From Escherichia phage phiEC1, in the sequence record KY608965.1: a DNA stretch of 64,000 nt. The stretch is one strand, 5' to 3'. The notes beneath the pieces were generated by a model, which saw nothing but the letters and a program-made list of their open reading frames with translations, searched no databases and was not told the DNA's origin. Positions 33,233 to 43,803 of this stretch are shown in pieces. Made by a program: the position numbers and the translations under genes. How positions within the stretch are numbered: position 1 is the stretch's first letter; each line of letters starts with the position of its first letter.

Positions 33233-33696
33233 AAAGAGTCTCTTAATAGGTTTAACACATCAACAAATTCAGTTTCGGTTAGTATTGTATCATCTTTTGT
33301 TAGGTGGCTAGCCATGCTGTGCTTCAAAATTTTTCCTTTAGAGGCTTGTAAGGCATCACGAAATCCCTTATTTTGGATCGCTGCTTCAAAATATGCATTT
33401 GTGTATAATTCTTTCCACGCTTCAGAGTATCTTGAAAATGGAACTCCCAACCAGAAGAGGGTCCCACGGTCCTGAGCTCTTGCATAAGACCTTCCAGCTT
33501 GTTGGGCGGCAAGCCCGGATAGTCCAAATATACGTCTTTGTTGTTCAACATTTTTCACCTTACATCCTTGGAGAAACCCTTCAAGACCTCCGAATTGAAT
33601 ACCGTCCATAACAAAAGGCCATTGAGCAAAGTTACTTAATGCACATGACGGCCACTTAAAATTACTTCTTATTTCTAATTCAGACATCTTTAACAC
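33229..33696 (-). CDS. NADAR (YbiA/DUF1768)-like domain protein (30.3-like)
   Basis: ALSNFAQWPFVMDGIQFGGLEGFLQGCK matches the NADAR signature (F/L)SNF..WP…DG…E..(F/L)Q..K seen in E. coli YbiA as recalled. Confidence 0.6.
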   Translation of the reverse strand: MLKMSELEIRSNFKWPSCALSNFAQWPFVMDGIQFGGLEGFLQGCKVKNVEQQRRIFGLSGLAAQQAGRSYARAQDRGTLFWLGVPFSRYSEAWKELYTNAYFEAAIQNKGFRDALQASKGKILKHSMASHLTKDDTILTETEFVDVLNLLRDSL

Positions 33697-33895
33697 TTAT
33701 AATTTCAACATCAGCCCAATGACCATAACCAGGTATACGATCTTCGATAGATAAATTTCCGTCATTTTTAGGTAGTTTAATCGATGTGATATACGGTTCT
33801 AAATGGTCTTCTGTATGCGGAGAAACATCTGTCACACGATAAGTAACTTCAACCATTTCCGTACCAAACAATTTCTGGATTAGTTTATTCAACAT
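33680..33895 (-). CDS. Hypothetical protein
   Basis: 71-aa ORF in the 30.x variable region, coupled to neighbours. Confidence 0.5.
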   Translation of the reverse strand: MLNKLIQKLFGTEMVEVTYRVTDVSPHTEDHLEPYITSIKLPKNDGNLSIEDRIPGYGHWADVEIISVKDV

Positions 33896-34082
33896 GTTTC
33901 AACCCTTTAATAGGAGATAACTCTTTACCCATACGTATGTCAGAAGTCCAATCAACCCATTGAACAGCATACGCTTCATTGATAATTCCAGCGGCGGTTT
34001 TAAATTCAGGGAGAACTTTAAAAATCACCCCAGGAATTCCAACACCTTTTAATTGGACTGTTTGTGCTATTAAAAATTTCAT
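33885..34082 (-). CDS. Hypothetical protein
   Basis: 65-aa ORF preceded by an early-type promoter (GTTTAC…TATAAT) about 34090-34125. Confidence 0.5.
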   Translation of the reverse strand: MKFLIAQTVQLKGVGIPGVIFKVLPEFKTAAGIINEAYAVQWVDWTSDIRMGKELSPIKGLKHVE

Positions 34083-34136
34083 ATTTTTCCACTTAGTAAA
34101 GAAATCATTATACTCTAATCCGTCCTTGGATGTAAA

Positions 34137-34751
34137 CTACTTAACGAAATTAATTTCTACCGGATGAACAACAGGTTGAGCAGTGATATATTGAGTAATT
34201 GCTTTCATGACTAGAGCTTCAGAACCAGGATTTTTCTCAACGAATTCACGTGCTTGGTTATGAGCTTCAAGTTCACTTAGTAAACCACTTCGTTGGCATC
34301 CACGGTCTTGAGTACCCTGTTCAGATAAAAAGACGACGATGTATTTTTCATCGTCATAAGATTTAGACGGTTGAGCAAATGTTCCTTTACTTCCGAAAGG
34401 AGAGTTATGACGCCACATCACGCCGTGAGGAGTTTCAACCTTCGTATATTCGTGCGGGCCATTTTTCTTAATTTCTTGATGTGGAACTTCATGGACCTTA
34501 GGGTTAGGACATTCAATAAAATGCTCGTCTAAATCGGTCGAGAATATTAAAGTAAAACAATTACTGAATTTACCAACACCTGCCTGATAAATTTTACCTT
34601 CAGAAGTTCTAATTTCACAAACTGAGCCGGCATCAGTAACTTCTAAAACTTCAAAAGGCTCGATAAGGTCATATGAGAACATGTTTTTAAGGCGTGGAGT
34701 AATATCCCCATTTTTAAAATTCATTTTATAAAAAGTATTAACTTTAAACAT
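34137..34751 (-). CDS. Hypothetical protein, 204 aa
   Basis: ORF with SD GAGGAAA; preceded by GGGAGCTTCGGCTCCC hairpin; no recognised domain. Confidence 0.6.
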   Translation of the reverse strand: MFKVNTFYKMNFKNGDITPRLKNMFSYDLIEPFEVLEVTDAGSVCEIRTSEGKIYQAGVGKFSNCFTLIFSTDLDEHFIECPNPKVHEVPHQEIKKNGPHEYTKVETPHGVMWRHNSPFGSKGTFAQPSKSYDDEKYIVVFLSEQGTQDRGCQRSGLLSELEAHNQAREFVEKNPGSEALVMKAITQYITAQPVVHPVEINFVK

Positions 34752-34786
34752 AATTTCCTCAGTGGGAGCCGAAGCTCCCAGTTAAA

Positions 34787-35152
34787 TTAGATATCGAATT
34801 CATTAAGAACTACATCAAAGATTGCTTCCAGGTGTTCAGGTTTAGCTCGGTTGCTCAGGATGTGACGAATCCAAGTTTTAACCAGAAGCTTACGATTAAC
34901 ACCGTTCCAGCAAGGATGAGTACCTAAATCACGCTGACGGAAATCGTCATCTAATGCAATTTTGAAGTTGGAACCTTCCATCGTGATTGAAACCGTGATG
35001 CCATTTTCAAATCGCATATAAACGTAATTAGGAGTCATGCACTGTTCGATTTCACATACTGAACCATTTTTATGTTTCCATAAGCAAATAACTTCAGAAG
35101 AACCAGCGATACCGTTAGAAACATATTTACGTTCGAAGTTGATGTAGTTCAT
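34787..35152 (-). CDS. Hypothetical protein, about 121 aa
   Basis: Start set at MNYINF… (SD GGAGAA 6 nt upstream); track ORF extends 21 codons further. Confidence 0.55.
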   Translation of the reverse strand: MNYINFERKYVSNGIAGSSEVICLWKHKNGSVCEIEQCMTPNYVYMRFENGITVSITMEGSNFKIALDDDFRQRDLGTHPCWNGVNRKLLVKTWIRHILSNRAKPEHLEAIFDVVLNEFDI

Positions 35153-35182
35153 TTTATTCTCCAGATGTTTAAGTTGTTTGTT

Positions 35183-35222
35183 GGTACAGGTATATAATAA
35201 CATAACCTGTACCAAAGTAAAC
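35183..35222 (-). promoter_or_regulatory. Early promoter cassette: GTTTAC-N17-TATTAT with 9-bp inverted repeat GGTACAGGT/ACCTGTACC straddling the -10
   Basis: Minus-strand AAACAGTTTACTTTGGTACAGGTTATGTTATTATATACCTGTACC directly after the upstream stop codon. Confidence 0.6.
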
Positions 35223-35226
35223 TGTT

Positions 35227-35595
35227 TTATGCAACTTTAATCCAATTGTCTAAATTTAAAACACCTTTGGCTTTCATTTTTTCGATCAGGTTATCTGCTG
35301 TAATGCGTCCATTTTGATACCATGTAACATCTTCAGAGTAACCAGTTTCTTCGTCAACATATGTTTCTGAACGAATTTTACCTGTAATAATAGTTTTTAA
35401 TTCGTATGTGTCACCTGTGAAAAAGTTTGCTAACACAATTTTCCAAGAGAAATCATCAGAAGGACCTTCAGGGGTCATACAACCTACGAACTCAAATTGC
35501 TCTTTGTATAACATCCACTGGAATTCTTTAATTTCGATAGCTTTATAACCGTCGTGGTCTTTACATTTGATGTATGAGTTCAGATTGATTTTCAT
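35227..35595 (-). CDS. Hypothetical protein, 122 aa
   Basis: ORF downstream of an early promoter (GTTTAC-N17-TACTAT at about 35637-35665). Confidence 0.6.
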   Translation of the reverse strand: MKINLNSYIKCKDHDGYKAIEIKEFQWMLYKEQFEFVGCMTPEGPSDDFSWKIVLANFFTGDTYELKTIITGKIRSETYVDEETGYSEDVTWYQNGRITADNLIEKMKAKGVLNLDNWIKVA

Positions 35596-35699
35596 TTTAT
35601 TCTCCGGTTGTTTTATTGATTAGGTGGTACAAGTCTATAGTAACACATCCTACAGGAGAGTAAACATCTTTTTTAAACTTTTTCTGCCCTAAACGCACA

Positions 35700-35722
35700 A
35701 AAGGGAGACCGAAGTCTCCCTA
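35700..35722 (-). terminator. Rho-independent terminator (GGGAGACTTCGGTCTCCC + TTTTGTG) after the 59-aa ORF
   Basis: Same hairpin family as after genes 23, 35 and 32. Confidence 0.7.
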
Positions 35723-35725
35723 AAA

Positions 35726-35905
35726 TTATGCAACAACCTTTCCAAAACGAGAAGCATCATCTCGAAGAACTGCACGTGCTCTGCGCATGATCTTCTCAAC
35801 TGTTTGATTAATACGAGAGTTCGACCCACGCTTGTATCCAGCGCGTTTAGAGGTACCATCAACTTTCTTTTCAACTGCTTTCTTTGCTTTAGCTTGTTTT
35901 GCCAT
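35726..35905 (-). CDS. Small basic protein, 59 aa (not in ORF track; alternative frame to the track ORF 35689..35874)
   Basis: Hand-translated MAKQAKAKKAVEKKVDGTSKRAGYKRGSNSRINQTVEKIMRRARAVLRDDASRFGKVVA; ATG start with AAAGAGAA SD, terminator hairpin directly downstream. Confidence 0.5.
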   Translation of the reverse strand: MAKQAKAKKAVEKKVDGTSKRAGYKRGSNSRINQTVEKIMRRARAVLRDDASRFGKVVA

Positions 35906-36068
35906 TATAAATTCTCTTTAAATGAAAATGCAGGACTTATTGACATTGCCTGCGCAAGCCCTCAAGGGGAACATAGGTTTTGGGTATTTAACGACAGGAT
36001 AACCATAAACCCGTCATCATACCTACCATGACTTACACAGCTAACCTTTTGCTGACGCATGATAGCAA

Positions 36069-36317
36069 TTATTTCAAAGTAATAACAAAATGACGAACTG
36101 CTTTGCGTGCTGCAGAAGCCAGAGGCTTAGCATATTTCAATTCATCTTTAGCTTCCAGTTCAGAAGCCAAAGTAGCCTGAGCAGGATTCAGATGTTTGAA
36201 ATATCGCAGGATTTCCAGTGCTTCGGCTTCAACATCAATTGAAGCGCCGTAGTTTTCGTGACCGTTATTCCATGCGTTGCGTTGCAGTTCAAGAGCGTGT
36301 TGTAATTGTTTAATCAT
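36069..36317 (-). CDS. rIII: rIII lysis inhibition accessory protein
   Basis: 82 aa, near-identical to T4 rIII as recalled (MIKQLQHALELQRNAWNNGHENYGASIDVEAEALEILRYFKHLNPAQ…). Confidence 0.93.
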   Translation of the reverse strand: MIKQLQHALELQRNAWNNGHENYGASIDVEAEALEILRYFKHLNPAQATLASELEAKDELKYAKPLASAARKAVRHFVITLK

Positions 36318-36441
36318 TTTAAATTCTCAATTCGAGATAATATTTAGTAGCCACGTTCGTCTGAATTTCACCTTCTTTCGACAAGTCTCTCAGTTGTAGG
36401 CTACCGCTTAGAAGAGTGTTCTCTTCATATAGTTATTTATA

Positions 36442-36774
36442 TCACTTATAAAGACACGGAATAGCTTTATAGTGGCATGTTACGAATTTCTGTTTAATTT
36501 CTTTAGGTTGTTTAAGTCCCAAAGCCACAAATGGATGTGGAACATTTCGAATTTGTCCAACTGGTAGTGGAGTCAAATCACCAACTTCAACAAAACCTTC
36601 AGGAACATCAGGACCTACAGAATGAACTACACATAGTTCAGGAACTTCACCTTGAACACGTTTACCAATCACAAGTCCTGATTCGGTAACTTCTTCATCA
36701 CCTGCTTGAGCGGGTTCAGAAACCAGAATGACATATTCACCAACAGCACGAATTGGGAGTTGTACTTCAGACAT
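36442..36774 (-). CDS. 31: Co-chaperonin gp31 (GroES analogue for capsid folding)
   Basis: 110 aa, near-identical to T4 gp31 as recalled (…[54 protein letters not shown]…). Confidence 0.95.
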   Translation of the reverse strand: MSEVQLPIRAVGEYVILVSEPAQAGDEEVTESGLVIGKRVQGEVPELCVVHSVGPDVPEGFVEVGDLTPLPVGQIRNVPHPFVALGLKQPKEIKQKFVTCHYKAIPCLYK

Positions 36775-36804
36775 CTTATTTCCTTGTTGTTTGACGATAG
36801 ATTA

Positions 36805-36830
36805 ATAATACCATACTATTCGTAAAGCAT
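36805..36830 (-). promoter_or_regulatory. MotA-box middle promoter (TGCTTTA-N12-TATTAT) upstream of gene 31
   Basis: Minus-strand ATGCTTTACGAATAGTATGGTATTATTAAT. Confidence 0.55.
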
Positions 36831-36831
36831 A

Positions 36832-37140
36832 TTACATAAGAAGCAAACGTTCGACCGGAGTACCATCAACCGAAATTACTTTATCAAGGCGGAAAGAACG
36901 CCACTGACCTAACTTGGTATCGAATGCTCGAACTGATTCACGAGGTTCATAACGAACTTCTGTTGCTGGATTGTTATTGACATATTTGACTTCAAGTTCA
37001 TCGCGCGAAGCAAACATAGTGCGTACATCACCGTTAGCCTTTTCAAATACAACACAATGAACGCCTACAGACAGAATAGTTTTAATACGTTCACGAAGAA
37101 CCATAGTTTCTTGTTCAGTTAAAATCATATTATTCACCAC
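36832..37140 (-). CDS. Hypothetical protein (31.1-like)
   Basis: 102-aa ORF between cd and 31, overlapping cd stop. Confidence 0.6.
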   Translation of the reverse strand: MVNNMILTEQETMVLRERIKTILSVGVHCVVFEKANGDVRTMFASRDELEVKYVNNNPATEVRYEPRESVRAFDTKLGQWRSFRLDKVISVDGTPVERLLLM

Positions 37141-37711
37141 AAAAGTTTCGGATTTGTTCCCAATTCAGAGAACGAAGATTATTACGAGAGTACTGAATTA
37201 CTTCAATACCAGCTTGTTTTAGAATATCTGCCCAATTTTCAGGAGATCGGTCGTATAATTCTGCGTATACAACCTTTTTAATACCTGACTGCGTAATAGC
37301 TTTAGTGCAATCAGGACACGGAGAAAGCGTAGTATATAACGTAGCACCTTCAATAGAATTACCTTTACGAGCGGCAAACAAAATTGCATTCAATTCTGCA
37401 TGGATTTCATTATTAGCAGACCATGCACTATGAGCAGCTCGATGTTCTTTGGCTAAAACAAAATTATCTACCCGTCCAAATGCTGTAGTGCCTTCTTTAT
37501 GTCCAGCAACGATGACTGGGATTGGTTTATTCTTCAACCAACCATTTTCAGATGCATGTTCGCAACAGTTAACGCCACCTGCAGGTGAACCGTTATATCC
37601 AGTAGAGATAATGCGTCCATCTTTTTCAATGACGGCACCAACTTTCCATGAACAACATTTTGATTCTTGAGAAATCAGATATGCAATCTGAAGGTATGTG
37701 CTAGCTTTCAT
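37130..37711 (-). CDS. cd: dCMP deaminase
   Basis: 193 aa; zinc-binding HAE…PCPDC motifs; colinear with T4 Cd. Confidence 0.95.
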   Translation of the reverse strand: MKASTYLQIAYLISQESKCCSWKVGAVIEKDGRIISTGYNGSPAGGVNCCEHASENGWLKNKPIPVIVAGHKEGTTAFGRVDNFVLAKEHRAAHSAWSANNEIHAELNAILFAARKGNSIEGATLYTTLSPCPDCTKAITQSGIKKVVYAELYDRSPENWADILKQAGIEVIQYSRNNLRSLNWEQIRNFCGE

Positions 37712-38703
37712 TATTGAACCTTATTAATATAAGTTAACAGCTCTTTAGTTTGTTCCCAACTGATGCACGCATCGGTAACGGAAACGCCATAGGACATATT
37801 ATCAGAAATTTTTTGATTTCCTTCATGTAGGAACGATTCTATCATAATTCCTTTGACCAAATCATTAGCTGCTAAATTTTTACCAATACCAATTTGATTG
37901 CTATAATGCCCATCAGCGTTTGCATGGCTACAGTCAACCATTACATAATGATTCAGACCTACTGCCCTTGCTTTGTTAGAAGCTTCTTGAATATCAGAAG
38001 AATGATAGTTCGGGCCGTTGGTCCCGCCACGCAATACGATATGCGTATTCTGATTACCTTCAGCTTCAACAATGCCTACAGTACCATCGACGTCCATACC
38101 CATATACCGATGAGGCCAGGCGGCACTATACATCGCGTCTGTAGCTACTTTAATAGAACCATTGGTTGCGTTCTTGAAGCCTACGCACATCGGTAGACCT
38201 GAAGCAATTTCACGATGTGTCTGACTTTCAGTCGTACGGGCGCCAATAGCAACCCATGAGAAAATACCAGAAAGATACTTAATCGTGAATGGGTCTAATA
38301 CTTCAGTTGCTAATGGAAGTCCCATACGTAGAAGTTTACGACACAATGTTCGTGCAACTATAAGACCGTGGTTCATATCAAAACTTCCGTCAAGATATGG
38401 ATCATTTACAAGACCTTTCCAACCTACGGTAGTTCGAGGCTTTTCAAAATAAACGCGCATCACTAACAGAACATTAGGAAGACGAGTTTGAAGTTCAGCC
38501 AGACGTTTGCCGTATTCAACAGCAGCAATAGGGTCATGAATTGAACAAGGACCTACAACAATAAGTTTGCGTGGGTCTTCACCGTTCATAATCGAATTAA
38601 CTTGTTCGCGATGAGAAGCCACTTGTGATGCGTAAGCTTCCGACAAAGGAATAATCTCAGCCAGTTCTTTTGGAGAAATAAGTTTTCCGACGACAGGTAA
38701 CAT
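37711..38703 (-). CDS. 3-deoxy-D-arabino-heptulosonate-7-phosphate (DAHP) synthase, class I (AroG/F/H-like)
   Basis: 330 aa; LIVVGPCSIHDP, VMRVYFEKPRTTVGWKGL, IGARTTESQTHRE, GFKN, IVLRGG, SHAN, GVSVTDACISWE match E. coli AroG-type DAHP synthase blocks as recalled. Confidence 0.85.
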   Translation of the reverse strand: MLPVVGKLISPKELAEIIPLSEAYASQVASHREQVNSIMNGEDPRKLIVVGPCSIHDPIAAVEYGKRLAELQTRLPNVLLVMRVYFEKPRTTVGWKGLVNDPYLDGSFDMNHGLIVARTLCRKLLRMGLPLATEVLDPFTIKYLSGIFSWVAIGARTTESQTHREIASGLPMCVGFKNATNGSIKVATDAMYSAAWPHRYMGMDVDGTVGIVEAEGNQNTHIVLRGGTNGPNYHSSDIQEASNKARAVGLNHYVMVDCSHANADGHYSNQIGIGKNLAANDLVKGIMIESFLHEGNQKISDNMSYGVSVTDACISWEQTKELLTYINKVQ

Positions 38704-38823
38704 AACAATCCTTAGGAGATATAAACAGATTCTGATTCAACAATACCTTTAACCGGATTAGACAGGCTAAGTTGGTAGTGCTCAGATTTATGACCATTCT
38801 CGATAGTAATGAGATAGCTCTCA

Positions 38824-39060
38824 TTATAGTGTTCCATATACTCGAGTTGCTTCAACAAGACCATCACTGCCTAATTTAAGGCTAGTAATCTGGTCACCAT
38901 CTTTAGGATTAACGATTATGAGAAAAGAACGTGGAGATTCTTGAATAACTCGTAATGTTGCATCCTGGAAACGTTCAGACACTTTATTGATGAGTGCTTG
39001 AGCAAATTCTTTTACTTTAATCTGAAATTCGTGTACTGTAATTGGGGTTTCACTTAGCAT
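38824..39060 (-). CDS. Hypothetical early protein (cd.x-like)
   Basis: 78-aa ORF with SD GAGGAAA and upstream early promoter (GTTTAC…TACTAT at about 39090-39119). Confidence 0.55.
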   Translation of the reverse strand: MLSETPITVHEFQIKVKEFAQALINKVSERFQDATLRVIQESPRSFLIIVNPKDGDQITSLKLGSDGLVEATRVYGTL

Positions 39061-39121
39061 TTCGATTTCCTCATTGTGTTGGTAGAGTTATAGTATCACA
39101 ACTCCACCATGTTGTAAACCA

Positions 39122-39397
39122 TTAAATTGCTTTGCATTCAATTTTTTGTGTACCGAAATTGATATCACATTGGATAACTAAATCGCCGTCAAGATCAAAT
39201 ACCACTATGACGTGTGCAGACCCAGGGAGAAGAGTAATAGCAATAGAATCTACTTGGTCTGGGAGTAAAGCATTGAGTACATGAGTTAGTTGAGCATGAA
39301 CTCTGAGTTCGGCTGCATTATCAAGCACTTCAAACATATTATTAGCAATAATCTGACTGAAGACTACCTTTACAATTTCAGAATAAGTTGGGAACAT
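39122..39397 (-). CDS. Hypothetical early protein (cd.x-like)
   Basis: 91-aa ORF in same-strand array. Confidence 0.5.
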   Translation of the reverse strand: MFPTYSEIVKVVFSQIIANNMFEVLDNAAELRVHAQLTHVLNALLPDQVDSIAITLLPGSAHVIVVFDLDGDLVIQCDINFGTQKIECKAI

Positions 39398-39404
39398 AAT
39401 TACC

Positions 39405-39629
39405 TCAGTGCACAGTATTTACTTTAACTCGAACAACAAATCGCTCGGTTGGTTCACCTACAGGAACAAACTCTACATGATATTCGCCTTTGTATCGAGT
39501 ATTCAGGTCATTACGAATTCCTGCGAGTTTGTTGATTAATGTAGGACTCATATTAAGTCCCACTAGTTTACGAAGCATTTTGTATGCTTCATCTTCGATT
39601 TCATGATGTTTATCGTACATAGTTTTCAT
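39405..39629 (-). CDS. Hypothetical early protein (cd.x-like)
   Basis: 74-aa ORF in same-strand array. Confidence 0.5.
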   Translation of the reverse strand: MKTMYDKHHEIEDEAYKMLRKLVGLNMSPTLINKLAGIRNDLNTRYKGEYHVEFVPVGEPTERFVVRVKVNTVH

Positions 39630-39800
39630 TTAACCATTCAATTGCCTGGTCGACGTTATCAAATATGCCACCGTCCAAACGTTCTTCATGCTCATAGTTC
39701 AGCACATCAATACCGAACTGTCCATTTACTAAAGGCCAGGCAACAAACAAATATTCTTTATGCCGTTCAATGGCCTCAATCACTTCATATAATCGTTTCA

Positions 39801-39801
<1 letters not shown>
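39610..39801 (-). CDS. Hypothetical early protein (cd.x-like)
   Basis: 63-aa ORF directly downstream of pseT. Confidence 0.5.
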
Positions 39802-40887
<1,086 letters not shown>

Positions 40888-40888
<1 letters not shown>

Positions 40889-41187
40889 TATTTTATTCCT
40901 AAGAAAATTTCAAGAATACGAATGTTATGCTCGCGCCGGTCTTTATTAATTTCAGCAACGTTTTTATTAATTGACGTACTTCTAACGTTTGAAGAAATAA
41001 ATTTAATCATATGACTTTTGAGTTGTTGCAAATCCAACCCTTTTTCTTTAGCAGCTTTACGAAGAGCTTTACCTGCTTCATCTAGTGCCTTTGCTGCATC
41101 TTTGTCATAATTGCCAAGTGACATTCCACGGCAGATATCAATATACTCATCAGACCGTTTGATGTAATTCTCTAGTAATGTTTTCAT
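40888..41187 (-). CDS. Hypothetical protein
   Basis: 99-aa ORF downstream of an early promoter cassette. Confidence 0.55.
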
Positions 41188-41209
41188 TTAGATTTCCTCA
41201 ATTATCCAT

Positions 41210-41245
41210 AGGAGCATTATACTCTGCTCCTGAGAGTTTGTAAAC
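41210..41245 (-). promoter_or_regulatory. Early promoter cassette GTTTAC-N18-TATAAT with 7-bp inverted repeat AGGAGCA/TGCTCCT straddling the -10
   Basis: Minus-strand GTTTACAAACTCTCAGGAGCAGAGTATAATGCTCCT. Confidence 0.6.
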
Positions 41246-41469
41246 TATTTTACTAAAGATTCAATATACTCGTGAAGAGCTTTAGTCGCTACTGCCCACT
41301 TATTCTGATATTCATTTTTCAGATTAGCACGAGACTGAACTAACAAGCGGTCATTAGTCGGAGGCAAAGATTCTAATCGTTGAATCTGGCGCCCATAAAT
41401 CATAGCCGCCATTTCAGATTCATAGATAAGCCCTTTAATGTATTCATGCTGTTCTTTAGTCATTGGCAT
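41245..41469 (-). CDS. Hypothetical protein (pseT.1-like)
   Basis: 74-aa ORF downstream of the spanin pair. Confidence 0.55.
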   Translation of the reverse strand: MPMTKEQHEYIKGLIYESEMAAMIYGRQIQRLESLPPTNDRLLVQSRANLKNEYQNKWAVATKALHEYIESLVK

Positions 41470-41750
41470 TTTTCCTCTTTTAAACCACTACGATAATAAC
41501 ATATCATAGTTTTCTGGTCATGTACATATCTTTTTACATCGTTTAACCAGATACGAAATTCTTGAGAGTCTTCAAATGGCATTCCAACCCATGGATTACC
41601 ATCAATAACCTTTACTTGCCATTTCTGGTTATATTCAACAATAGATTCAGGCCATGGCGGATGTAAAGTTTCTTTAGGGCTTAAGGGCACATCCTGGGCA
41701 CATCCAGCCAAAATGCCAATAGATAATACAACTGCGGTTAATTTAATCAT
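41460..41750 (-). CDS. o-spanin-like outer-membrane lipoprotein (pseT.2 position)
   Basis: Signal peptide with lipobox LAGC (MIKLTAVVLSIGILAGCAQ…), several Cys; follows i-spanin-like gene. Confidence 0.7.
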   Translation of the reverse strand: MIKLTAVVLSIGILAGCAQDVPLSPKETLHPPWPESIVEYNQKWQVKVIDGNPWVGMPFEDSQEFRIWLNDVKRYVHDQKTMICYYRSGLKEEKCQ

Positions 41751-42103
41751 TCTGAGAGCTTCCTGAGGTCTTCTGCAAAGGAATCGAAGGACCTGTTGAT
41801 TTGTTTTTCGACCAATCCTGGCTTACTTGCCACCACGTTCTTCTTCTTCGAATCCTGACGGAGCTTTTCATTTTCAGCCTTAAGTTGGTCAACTAAAACA
41901 CGGTTCTTATAAGTCATTTCTTCGATTGACTGATATTGAACTTTGAAGTCGTCTAATACTTTAGCATTGTTTTTAGCAGCCTCTTTAACAGAAGCTAATT
42001 CAGTATTCAACGAATCAACTTTGTTGTTTAAGACAACTATTGTTACAGTAGAAACTAGAGCAAAAGCTGCTACTATAACATAAATCGGATTTACTTTAAG
42101 CAT
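41747..42103 (-). CDS. i-spanin-like inner-membrane protein (pseT.3 position)
   Basis: N-terminal TM helix (PIYVIVAAFALVSTVTIVVL) followed by coiled-coil periplasmic domain; 4-nt overlap with the lipoprotein gene. Confidence 0.7.
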   Translation of the reverse strand: MLKVNPIYVIVAAFALVSTVTIVVLNNKVDSLNTELASVKEAAKNNAKVLDDFKVQYQSIEEMTYKNRVLVDQLKAENEKLRQDSKKKNVVASKPGLVEKQINRSFDSFAEDLRKLSE

Positions 42104-42591
42104 GTTTGAATAATCTCAATGATTTCGTCTCGGGATAATCCATTGATAAGAACTGTTTTAGGCCCATCAGTTTGGATTTTGTAGGTCTCAAACATTACAC
42201 ACAACTCTTCTGCTGTATGATATGGACTTGAGATTCCGAGGCGGTTGAATTTGTCGGTAAGAGGGTCGCAAATGATGTAGAATTTTATACCTGCGATATG
42301 TACATTTGGTTGACTAATATTAATGAACACATTAGCGTCATATTTAGTTAAATTGTTTTGAAGAAATTCTACCATAGCATTAACTGCTTCCGGCATTGCT
42401 TCACGTTTCTCTTCAGCGTATCGGGTGGAATATTCCTTTTGCTTTAACTTCTTTTTAGCATTTTTCGCTAGAGTAGTACGAAGGTCTGTAAGATAACCAA
42501 CTGCACGGCCTTTCTTAAAGACCCGGATTCCATCTGTAGAATCACCAAATGCTGCCACAACCATATCGTTAGTAATCAATTGCATATTCAT
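42091..42591 (-). CDS. Hypothetical early protein at the position of T4 alc (identity not verified)
   Basis: Start set at MNMQLITND… (SD GAGGAG upstream, early promoter cassette 42621-42650); track ORF extends 14 codons. Confidence 0.5.
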   Translation of the reverse strand: MNMQLITNDMVVAAFGDSTDGIRVFKKGRAVGYLTDLRTTLAKNAKKKLKQKEYSTRYAEEKREAMPEAVNAMVEFLQNNLTKYDANVFINISQPNVHIAGIKFYIICDPLTDKFNRLGISSPYHTAEELCVMFETYKIQTDGPKTVLINGLSRDEIIEIIQTCLK

Positions 42592-42620
42592 AATTTTCTC
42601 CTCGTGTTGTTGATAAACCC

Positions 42621-42650
42621 ATAGTATCACCATCCTTGGTGTTTGTAAAC
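42621..42650 (-). promoter_or_regulatory. Early promoter GTTTAC-N18-TACTAT with inverted repeat CACCA/TGGTG in the spacer
   Basis: Minus-strand GTTTACAAACACCAAGGATGGTGATACTAT. Confidence 0.65.
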
Positions 42651-42652
42651 CG

Positions 42653-43786
<1,134 letters not shown>

Positions 43787-43803
43787 TCAGTTAGTTTTTT
43801 TAA

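Noticed and set aside
35689-35874. 61-aa track ORF (MKRKLMVP…) downstream of rIII
   Set aside because: Starts at a non-ATG codon with no SD; an alternative frame on the same strand (35726..35905) has ATG, SD and a dedicated terminator, so the track frame is probably spurious.
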